From contig NC_087245.1 of NCBI RefSeq assembly GCF_037042905.1, positions 38,752,001-38,816,000 of the forward strand: a stretch of 64,000 bases of DNA, written 5' to 3'. Shown here one piece after another: positions 53,101 to 64,000 of this stretch (positions are counted from its first letter, which is position 1; every line of letters starts with the position of its first letter). The notes under the pieces were generated by a model. The model saw only the letters and a list, made by a program, of their open reading frames with translations. It ran no database searches and had not been told where the DNA came from. The translations under genes and the position numbers were made by a program. Source of the stretch: Lytechinus pictus. Taxonomy: Eukaryota.

Positions 53101-56100
53101 ACTCTACAATAAAGACATCTATGTTTGTTATCTCCCAAAAGAGCAGTATACAGATATACACAATAAGCATGAAAGATTACTTAATATATATATATATCTT
53201 TAATAATTATATGTTTTATCATATTATATGTGTATTTCTCCTATTTACATTATATAACAGTAATATAATGTGTATTATGCATTCATAAATAACATAGAGT
53301 AAAGAAATGCTTGCATTTTACAGTATGTTTGATATTTCACCGGAACTCTACTTTCTACATATCCAGCCATATAATTCTGTCTCTCATACCATACCCTTTG
53401 ATAGCATATACCCCATATAATTAAAAATATCTATGAATATAAGTAGAGAATGATATATATTACCTGAAATGAGAATTTAATATCACCATTATGTTGGCCA
53501 TGACAGTAATAATCTGAAGAAAAATCGTTTCAAATCATAGAATATATGAAGAGATTACTAAATATCATGCCTTCCTTGCTTTAGAATATTGGAAATTTCC
53601 ATGTAAAATGTTCAATTTAATGTTTGAAAATTAGAAGTAGCTTCAAATTCATCCTCTGTTTTAAAGTGTTTTGGATATGACAATTAAGGAGAAAGAATTG
53701 CACTTGCATTGTATGACTAATGTTTCATGTTATTAACGAGTAAATATGAAGCCTTCAATTCAAGAATACCCTTTCACATGTTTTATTTGAAAGAATTTGA
53801 ACCCCACCCCCAAATCAACTCTTGGAATGTCTTTTGGACTACCTGATAACCAAAACAATAACAAACAAATAATGGAAACGCATGGAATAAGAATTCCTAA
53901 CACTTTAGAATGGAATGCAATTTTGTGCCGATAAGAGCATGAGATTCGGAGTTCATCGTATTAACATTGTTTTCTCTTTGGTAATAGGCATTTTTTTTCC
54001 ACTACATATACAACATCTATACAAGATTCTTTCCAGAGAATATATATATATTCATATATCTATATACCTCACCTCTCAGTCAATACACAAATAAAGCTGA
54101 AATTTTGATAGCATTCAAGTTACCTATGTCAATAAATATAATGATCTGCAGTTATGACAATAAACATCATTAAATATCACCAAAGCACATAATCAAAATA
54201 ATAAACAATAAAAGAGCATTTTACAGAAAACAATCATAATTCTTGCGTCTCTTAAAACCAAGACATTCACTTGAAGCACTATAAAGCAAGTTAGTGCTTA
54301 GGATTTACACATCTGTCAAAGTGTATTATATATTTACACAATAATGATTATCATATGTACACATATATTTTTCCCATGATGTTATTGCATTTGAAATGAC
54401 AAAAATTGTATGTGGAGATCATAACACAAATGTCTACTCAATTTACACCAGTCAAAATCTATACCTAACCGTCTATCATAGACTAAGCATCAACTTTTTC
54501 ATATCTAGGCTGCTTATGGACTCTAACAGGTTTCCACAGATATTTCGAAGCCATTCAATGGAGGCCACAACATTGCATCTCAGAACTATTACTACAAGAC
54601 CAATAAACCATCTACTTTTTAATTCTTTTTATATTTCCATAAAATGTATGAATGTTCCAGAACAACATCCTAACATTCATATAACAAAATATCAAAAAGT
54701 TATATAAATTTAGTCTCACCTGCAGCTGTTTCTCTGTCTAACTTCTTACTCCATAGGCTTTCATTACACTCATGGGTTCCCAGCACCCACCCTATATATC
54801 AGCTTCTGTAATTGGTTCAAAATACTCAGTCTTTCACCAGCCCACCAATCAAAACAGAGCTTACAAACCTATAAATGAAGTGTATGGTTAAAGTACTTGC
54901 ATATACCAACATTAGAAAAATACCCTATGTAGGCATTCGAGTTCTATTTCATCTCATTTTTTTTCTTGTTTTCTCTTATTTCCAATCAGATAATGAAGGG
55001 AATATATGAATGAAGTTGTACAAGAAATTTACAAGCTAAAATGTAATCTACAATACCCTACATAGACAATAATACATGTAATATTCATAGCACACATGCC
55101 TAGCACAAATTAAGAAAAAAACAAATCAATGCGAGTTTCAAATAACCTATTTGTTCTCACGCAACATGACGGGATGTTTCGCTCCCTTTTTGCTGTCTTA
55201 AGGTTTTTAAAAGAATCTGAATTTCTTCCATGGAGAAAAAAAAAACCAACACAAATTCCACTAAAGAGACAAAGTCCTTGTAGATATTTTGCCCACATTC
55301 ATGGCATAACCGATCGCTTGAAAGAATGAAATCGGCTATGAAATAAACAAAGTCCATTGGTATTTGCCGTCTAAGCAAATCTCTATCCCAAATGGTATGG
55401 AAGTTCTTACTAGGATTTCACAAACATTTTGTATAATGGAGATTACAGTATCTTCATTTTCCATCGTCGTTAAAAACTTCAACAGACTACTACAATTCCC
55501 ATAAACCATCTCCCACCTCCTATCAGCACACCATAGGCACAATTTTTTGTTCTTTTCCTCTTTACTCGGGAAAAGAAGGCTTGAAATTTTGATCATGTCA
55601 ATTCTTTTTTTCTTTTTTTTTTTCGAGATAAAGGTGTGCTTTACTCAAACACAGTATAATGTCATTAAAAAAAGACAGTAGTTGGTTAGGGCAGTCTCCA
55701 ACTTCCTAACCAATGTTTGTTTTTCCACTAATACTATCTATCAAATGTGATTCTCTAGGGTATGAAAACTATTGCCAATTTGCAGAAAATGACAAAGGGA
55801 ATTATCAAGTAAGCCGTCAGCGCATTCTAATTACATGTATGTGAGGTGCATAGATAAGAATTGGGTTGAAATGCCTCTTTTTATTCAAAATGGCCATAGT
55901 GGACTTAGCACCTTGTGGAATAACACATAATGGAATATCAAGTGCAAGGGAGAACCAGAAGGCTGCAACTCACAGGTTATTTTTCAGTCAGTGCTACGCA
56001 AGCATGAACAGAAATACTTTACCAATATTCTCCCATCATTTAATGATGAAGTAGACAATTTTTTTTTGTAAACAGAAGTCTACATATAAAGACATACTCT

Positions 56101-57337
56101 TACTCTTTGTAGACAATATTTTTGTTTCAGGGATAATTTTCATTGAATCAATATTCTTGAAATTTGCATTGTTGAACTGTGTTTTTTTGGGGGGTCATTA
56201 AATTTAAGACTTAAATGTCTCATCAGACAACACATTTAGACTTGTTGAAAAGTTTAAATTGTCGATTTTAATCAAAAGACGCAAGTATTCAATAGTGGTT
56301 GTAAATGATTACAAGATGTGAAGTCTGACATTGGTGCATGTTGTTGTCTGGTCTACGTTGATTTTTACTTTGTGGGCACTTGGATAGATTTGAGTGTACA
56401 ACTACGGTATGATAATAATCCAAATCCATGATAGTTCATTTCAAGTAAATTTCGAGGAAAAACAACGATTTGGGCCATTAGGATTTTGTTTAGTATCTCA
56501 TTCATTGCAGGCACGCTGGATAGAATTCCAGGATATAAACTATACACAAGATGGAATCATGTGTAAGAAATAATTCTCATACTTAACTCATTTGACAAAG
56601 AGATGAACCTGGGTTATTCTCATAATCATACACTCAATCTCAATACATTTACAAGTGGCATTGACTTGTGAGAACTCTGGGCAATATTAGCTTGATCAAA
56701 CTCTAAGTTTCTGATAATAAAACTAAAAAAGAGATATCTTAAGGGTTTTTCAATATGAAAAATGCTTCTTCTGACTTTAGATATTCCACTGCTTATGGAA
56801 GTGTGAATCCAAATGTTTGCGTGACCCAATAAGGCTTGCTATCACCACCAACATTCAAATTAATTTAGGTAAGAAATGGTTTTCGAAAACTTTGCACTTC
56901 CTTAATTTCAATCCTCGTCTGCGGAATTATCTTCAAACCTTATCCTAATTTATCAGCTCATTAAGCCTCGTGGCAACCTGGAGTACCGTACAACCAAATA
57001 TGGTTTGCTTAAGAAGATGCTGACTCGACCTAAAGCAGATACCAGAGACAAAATGAAAGATAAATACAGGTACCTTTCAACAGTGCCCATAGACCCTAAC
57101 CTTCAGTTACTGAGGGAATATAAGAGCTTGGGTACTTTTCCCTGGCATCTGGAAGTCTAAATCACGTCCACAGTGACATTGTGCTCTACGACTTTGACCC
57201 TGATGATCTTCAAACTTCCATAGGAACCATTGACAGGCATCTGTGGCCAGCCAACCTCTGTGGCTAAATGCAGGAGCATCTCCTCTCAAGAGATTAAGAT
57301 TTGATACATTGAACAACTAAAGGCTTTGAGAGGGGAC

Positions 57338-60143
57338 TCATTTTGCGCTAGTCAGCGAGACCATGGACCCCTCCAGGGAAGAGATGGACCCCCGCTGGTG
57401 GATGTCCGCGACGGACGAGGTGTTGAAGAGCTTGTACCACCCCATGACAGGGTGTGAGAGATCGAGCTCGGAAAGCAGGATCTGCGCGACCCCCATGAAG
57501 ATCTTGCGCTCCAGCCGGCCGTAGTCCCCCCACACGGTGATCTGCAGTACCTTGTTGCTGTAGTCCTCTTCTATGAACTTGAGTGTCTGTTGGTAAAGCG
57601 GATCCAGCGTCTTGCGGGCGATCTTTGTTTTCAGCTTGGCCGCGCAGTGCTTTCCATCCATCAGATACACCTTTACATAGGGAGCTAGAGATGGAGTAAC
57701 AAGAAATAAAAAAATAATAAAATCATTTATTTGAAAAAAATTTAGGGTAGAGTATAATGATTTTTTTTTCATTTTGATTCAGTTGAAAAAAAAAAGATTA
57801 TCCCAAGATGCAAAGGAAAAGAAAGATTCACTTCAATTACCTGGGGGGACTTTGACCCCTGGTTTTGCTACCAGACTCCTCGCCCTGATGACCTCTACTT
57901 CCAGGTTACCTCGTTTGTCCTCCAGACTCAGCTGGATGTCTCCCATCCAGGGCGACCCCAGGGCTTGGCGGCCCACCAACTGAGAGGGCCCTAGTCCGTC
58001 CAGGAAGTCGTTGAACTGGCTCTCCCCGCCAAAGCGGAAGTTGGCTGGGAGCATGAAACTGAAATGGCAAAGTATAAACATTGGCTTGAAATGACAAAGA
58101 AATTGTAAGACTAATAATAATGCAGTGACCATATTTATAGAAGGACCAAATGTCTGCCACCTGTCCATAAAGTCCACAAAATTGGCTTCCCTATGGAAAT
58201 AAGATTTCTGAAGTAACCTCTTTGTTCAGAGAGAGAGTTATATATGGTGTTGGTAAAGTATACTAAAAAATGAATGGAGGAGACCATTATGCTATCTACA
58301 CAAGATTTGAATGTACTAAATTTAAAAAACAAAACAGCTGTATCTCAATGTAAATTAATAAAGTGCTATGCAAAACAACATAAGCAAATATTCATCCTTA
58401 TAACAATCATTTCTGAAATAATTTTCATGCTCAAAGAGTTATGGTGTTGGTAAAGTATACTCAAAAAGAAAAAAAAAATGGAGAAAAACATGCTATCTAG
58501 ACAAGATATGAATGTATTACATATTTTTAGTCCTGCCCTGACCTCGATGTACATTAATTGGTGCTATGCAAAACTACCCATAAAGCAAAGATTCATGCAT
58601 CTATATAATAATCACTTCAGGGATTCAATTTAAATCTCATTTGATGATTTTTCTTCTACAAATTTGCAAAACTAGTATTAACATTTACATTTTTCAAATC
58701 AAAGTTTATGTATCTGCAATGAACATTTTTTTTAAATAGTCAATCCTGATTTTGATGTTAAATCACTTTTCATTGGAAATTTTCAGTTTTAAACACAAAT
58801 ATAATGGTGCAATATTACTGGATGAAGTATGTAGTTTTTCTTTCTCTCACTCTCTTCTCATGTTGACCTACTTGTTAGAATTTCTCAACCAAATTTTTTA
58901 GAGCCAAAACACAAAATAAGGACCCACTGTTGCAAAAAGGCTAGGTGAAAACGGTAAAAATTAAAAAAAACGGTAAAAATCTAGGTGAAAATGGTAAAAA
59001 TTTATGTAAAAAGAGAGAACCTAGTCCCACATGAAGTCTTTCATGTGGTAACCAAACCTTTTGTTGGACGATTGATACTCACCTACTAGAGCTATCACTG
59101 CCAAAACTGCAGATGCTACCGTCGTTGCTCTCTCGACTAGCCTGCTTCTGCAACCGATCTCTCATCTCCATAGGCAACACTTCCTCACTACGCTGGATGC
59201 TTGCACGCGGCTTCTTACCTGAAGAAACAAACATGGTTTCATGAATTATGAAGCAAAATATTACTGATAATACTAATAATAACAATAGATATAATAATAA
59301 TGATAATAATCATTATTATCATTATTTGTTTGGCATCAGCTGTGCGTGAGAGGCAAAAAGCAAACTGAATCACTACCCGGCAGGTCTCTCATCCCGATAT
59401 AACTGATTGGGGGAGTGCATGCAGGTATGGACCACTACACCGGGGTTTCCCCCTGTTCTTAATAAAACGTCCTATCCAAGGGACGGAGTGTTTTTCAATG
59501 TAACATACATGTAGCCTGCATCTATGGAACAGGGGAGTGACGTTTACACACAACGCGCTGGCTTCAGTCATCGGCCCGGGGTGGACTCGAACCCACGATC
59601 TTTGGTTCGACAGGCAGATGCTTTACCGACTGAGCCAACTTCGCTCTCCAATAATAATAACGATAATAATAATTAGAATTGCTTACATTTTTGCTTAATG
59701 CTTATTGTATCAGAAGTCTATCGGGGCTCTTCAGTAATGCAGCATAAGTTCATGTACCCTGGCTAATATACTCATAATAAACTGACAATATTTACACCAG
59801 AGACGTCAACTTGAATATAATCAGCTAAGTGTTTAAATGGCAATTTCCCTATCCCCAAAGTAGCCCCCCCCCCCTTCCTCTTTAATACTGTTATGCCCAC
59901 TGACTGTCCTCACCAGCCAAATTGGAGGTGCTGTTGCTCTTCTTGGAGAGACCGACTAGAGAGGCAACCTTGGCAATGCTACCACGTCTCTTCTTCCCTT
60001 CTGTGCTTCCCTGCTCAGCCGCAGAGTCCGATATACTGCCCTCGTTCTTTTCGTACATGTACATGTCGGTGCTGCTGGTGCTGCGGTTAAGGGGCTTGCG
60101 CTGGGGGGCTGGGTGGTGCTCCTGCATCTTGGCTGTGAAGGCA
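57338..60143 (-). CDS. RIMS: Regulating synaptic membrane exocytosis protein (RIM/UNC-10), C-terminal part with C2B domain; exons 60143-59914, 59218-59083, 58058-57841, 57684-57338; 5' part lies beyond the window
   Basis: Phase-consistent GT-AG exons encode the RIM motifs EKNEGSISDSA, SIQRSEE, QASRESNDGS, FNDFLDGLGPSQLVGRQALGSPWMGDIQL, LEVEVIRAR, APYVKVYL, ARKTLDPLYQQ, VWGDYGRLERKIFMGVAQI and GWYKLF. Confidence 0.96.
59270..59649 (-). mobile_element. tRNA-derived SINE in a RIM intron
   Basis: A box TGGCTCAGTCGG, B box GGTTCGAGTCC, about 250-nt body, flanked by (AAT)n. Confidence 0.8.
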
Positions 60144-61676
60144 CTGTGTAATGATAAAAATAATCAAAACTATAATTTTGAAATGCCAAAGAAAAAAGGG
60201 AGTACCACAATATAAACGTGGAAGATAAGCACAAAAGATGTGAAGTTTTATCATATAGCAGTTTCATTTTTCCTACATTGGTTCTTATCATTTGTACTTC
60301 TATCTCAATATGAATTTTGAATTGCTCTTTTGACTTTACTGGTGACATTTCATCTTTATTTTTGGGAGAGTTTTTAATACAGAGAAGGGGATAAAGTCCA
60401 CTGTTATGGCTCCATTCAAAATTATGGAAAAACATTTAATTTGATTGGCATTAACATGCATTTCGTAGAGAAAATCATTTGAAACTTGCAGAAATACTTT
60501 ATACCTATCGATTATACAACATTTTTATAATGTAAATGACATGTAGGGGCTTATCAAACCGGGTCTGAAACAGACAAGTTCATCTAGATATATAATAATA
60601 ATAATAATATAATGCATAATATTATTCAAATTAAGCTTTTCCCCTCCTTCTAACTGACCTCAATTTTTAGAGGGATTGCTATAAACCGGGAATTACAATA
60701 AATCTCACAGCGCTTCACAACACACATCCATCATAAATATGTACACAAAGTGGCGTGACTACCCCTGCAATATGGATCAATAATATCTGGGCTGGGTTGC
60801 CAACAAAACCCAACCCACACACTGACAAATGACACGTGTTTTCCTCTCAAACAACCATCGTCATAGACCGAGTTCCTTGAATTCCGCCCATTTCATCAAT
60901 TGTTTGATCTGGTAACAGGTGTTTTATGATGGCTTACCATACGTTCCACCTATAACCTGGATATTTTATGCAACGTTGTGCAAACCCTTGGGGGAGGTAT
61001 AAAACCATTACTAAAGGTACAATGCTAGCTTTTAGAATGTACATAATGCATGACCTACATTGTAAGATATTTCATTTTATTTTAACAATTACGAGTCAAT
61101 TTTTGCTCTCCAGATCAATCATAAGCCTTAAAATCAATTGAAAACTTTAATAGCTGGTACGTTAGCACCTTGTAACTTGCGATACCATTGAAATATATAT
61201 GAGGAACATTAATGTCTGAATTGAAAGTTTAGCTTTAAAATGTGGGTTTTAACTATCAGAGGATGCATAGTGAATAATAAAACAGAGGCTCTCCTCCTCA
61301 CAGTGAATAAATCTCCTACATTCAATGGAGCTTTTTGAAAGGTCGAGGTATGAAAATCATAATCTCCACATGTGTGCCACGCCATGAGAGACAGATATGA
61401 ATCAATGGACTTCAGGACTGTGCGTGGGTGAAAAAAAAATCTAGAAATAATGAACTTTGAGGCTTTTAAATTTCATGCTAACAATTGCTGCATATCACGT
61501 TATTCATCATTGGATTAATGTTGATTAGAATCTTTTAAAAGCTTATCCATGAAGCTCACCCATGCGTCCTAGTTTAGAGTTCACATGCTATTGGGAAAGT
61601 GAAGGACGTGATCGCTTTATAATGATCTGGGCCGGTATTCTATTCAAAGTACTGATGGAGTAATAAATATTTTACT

Positions 61677-61879
61677 GGGCAATCCCATAAAATACGTGTA
61701 CGTCCGACCCCATATATGTGAAACCTTCATGAAATTTTCTGTCTCTCATTTCTGGTTCTTAGGACAGTCTGTAATGCTCTCAAATAATCATGATTTGGTC
61801 AGTTTATGAAGTGAAGTATGAATTGAGCTAAATGGGGGTCGGATGTACGAAAATGTTGATTCTTTTATGGAATTGCCCT
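61677..61879. mobile_element. MITE
   Basis: gggcaatcccataaaa / ttttatggaattgccc plus inner IR gtacgtccgacccca / gggggtcggatgtac. Confidence 0.75.
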
Positions 61880-62064
61880 ACTTAGCATTTTACTTGGCTA
61901 AGGAAATGCTTTCAGGTAATTAAATAAAATCTAAGCAAAATACTTAATAAAAACCATTAGGATATCATAACGTAAAAGCCAAGTAATTAATGCGCAATTA
62001 TGTATCCACCTTTTTGTGCAGGATGCATGCATGAACGTTTGTAAACTTCACGCAAGCCTCCCTA

Positions 62065-62600
62065 CCTCTCTCCCTCCTCTTTGTTTACCTCCCTACCATT
62101 CATCTCTCTCCTTCCAGTACCATCAGACTTTAAATTGGCTGGGTTTTTATTTTAAGAGTAAATCTCTCATCCCATCTCTCTCTCTCTCTCTCCCTCACTG
62201 CCATAACCATTTTCCTATTAATTAGAGCATCAATAATCAAATCTTTGATCTTCCCACTACCAGCCTTTATCGGTCTCTCCTCCCTATCTCATTCTCTGCC
62301 TACTTCTCTATCTATCTCTACCTCAATACCATTCCTCAACCTTTCTCTCTCCTTCATTCCAGTGTCATCAGACACGCCTGTCCTTTTAAAGGAAAATATC
62401 CCATCCCATCTCTCTGTTTCTCTCTCTCTTTCCTTCACTGTCATAACCACTTTCCCTTTTATCACATCAATAAATCAAATCTTTGTTCTTTGATCCTCCC
62501 ACTATCTGTCGTTAATTCATCGGTCACACTCACCCTCTCTCTCTTTCTCTCTCCTATCCTCCTTACTTGCAACCATTTCTTAACCTTTCTCTCTCCTCCA
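62065..62600. repeat. CT-rich low-complexity region with degenerate ~240-bp tandem duplication
   Basis: atcccatctctc...cactg(c/t)cataacca...catcaata..tcaaatctttg recurs at about 62170 and 62400. Confidence 0.65.
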
Positions 62601-64000
62601 CGCCCGTGTCAACGCACTTGGCTAGCCAGCGTTAATCACTAATTCAATCTTAAACCCTCCCACCAGCCTTCATCATTATCGGTCTAGAGCAAGAGCGTCC
62701 ATTCATTTCACCCACACATGCAAATGGATACAATGAACGGTACAACCTTCCAAATTGCCAAGATATAACAAGGAAATCCCGCGAGATGATTGGATTTTCT
62801 CATTCAGCCAGTTCATAGATTCATCTCATACAGCCCCTGCCCCACTGGCTTTCCTCCCCCCCCCCCAAAAAAAAAAATCATCAAGGCTGAAGTGAATATA
62901 TATATACCGTATTCCAAACTCCAGTTTAACTAATCAAACCATGGTATAATAATTAAGTCTACGCTAAAATTATGAAAATCTATAAGTGTCAAACATTTGT
63001 TAGCACTGCCAGAATTGGCTAGACCTCACGAGCCTCCCTGGGTTAAACTGCAAATATGATTATTAGAAAGGATCGATAAAAGTAAGAAAAAATAACATAC
63101 AAAAAGTCTTGATTTTAGATATTTTCTCCATAACAAACAACTCTCTAATACTGTAAACAAGATATAACCCGCAATAGCTGAAACATCGCAGTTTAGTTAA
63201 TCATATCACGTTCTGATGGCAAGCGAATGTATATAACCCATTTTAATACGTTCAGACAAAAACAGACTACACAATCTTCCCGGTTATTTCGATCAGCCTT
63301 GCATGCTTCACTTCTCTCATACATTACACCAAACGATCGGACGTTCTGCCCGGGTGCACACTCAATCATCGCTGCCTTGATATGGTGATCAGAATTCCCA
63401 GAAAAAAAATGATAAAGGAAACAGCGAAATGAAGAGAAACCCTAGAACTACATTAAGCTTCCTGAATATTATGTATGATTACATCCACAACGCATCCAGC
63501 TTTACGAGGTAATCAATTAGATGCAATTTGCATTTCTGGCAACAGGATGGCATTTGATATGACCTAGAGTCCATTTGTTAGGAGGGAATATATGGGGACT
63601 CATGATGATATTACCTCGTCTGAAAAACCTAAGCCCTCTTACACAAAAAGTATGATCAGTTGTACAATTAAATGTCACAGTGGGGAAACCATGATTTACA
63701 ATTGTTAAAATCAACTGTTAATGTCAATTGTATCGATGTGTTACACCCGGCCTGATTTGATATCAAAGTAAACTATTTTAAGTTCTGCCTGATACAAGGG
63801 GGGGGGGTGGTAATAAAAAAAAATGCCTTGAAATAAACAGTTGATCCACAATTATTAAATCCATAAGTTCACCACTTTTATCGGTCGATCAACTGTAATC
63901 ACAATTCTTCCCAATATTCATTGTAAAAGTGACTTAATTAAAAACATGAAATTTCAAATTCAAATTCGATTCTTTTTTTTTCTAACAGAACAATCTAACA

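Noticed and set aside
59570..59649. tRNA gene
   Set aside because: A/B boxes are present but there is no good acceptor stem; it is a SINE head
61555..61590. Small upstream RIM exon ending ATGG|GTGAGC
   Set aside because: The 28-nt version is phase-incompatible or contains stops, the 9-nt version has a poor acceptor, and neither shows RIM similarity

Overview
AT-rich, intron-rich metazoan genomic DNA; the repeat landscape and gene sequences suggest a sea urchin or other invertebrate deuterostome (inference). I assembled four protein-coding genes by hand from splice signals and reading phase. (1) The last two exons of a CLK/LAMMER kinase (+, ends 1893). (2) A complete 9-exon archease/ZBTB8OS gene (-, 11941-23197, 212 aa) containing an 11-nt microexon followed by a U12-type (minor spliceosome) intron. 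(3) Head-to-head with it, a complete GTSF1/Asterix-like double CHHC zinc-finger piRNA-pathway gene (+, CDS 33288-42590, 323 aa) with a GRG-repeat tail. (4) The last four coding exons of a RIM/unc-10 active-zone gene (-, 57338-60143) with a long, apparently repeat-poor downstream region. Introns and intergenic DNA are packed with non-autonomous DNA transposons (PIF/Harbinger-, Kolobok-, piggyBac-, hAT- and Tc/pogo-like MITEs, and Helentron-type HINEs carrying tandem repeats) and tRNA-derived SINEs, often nested. I saw no autonomous transposase ORF, tRNA/rRNA gene or CRISPR array. Most ORFs in the supplied track are spurious.
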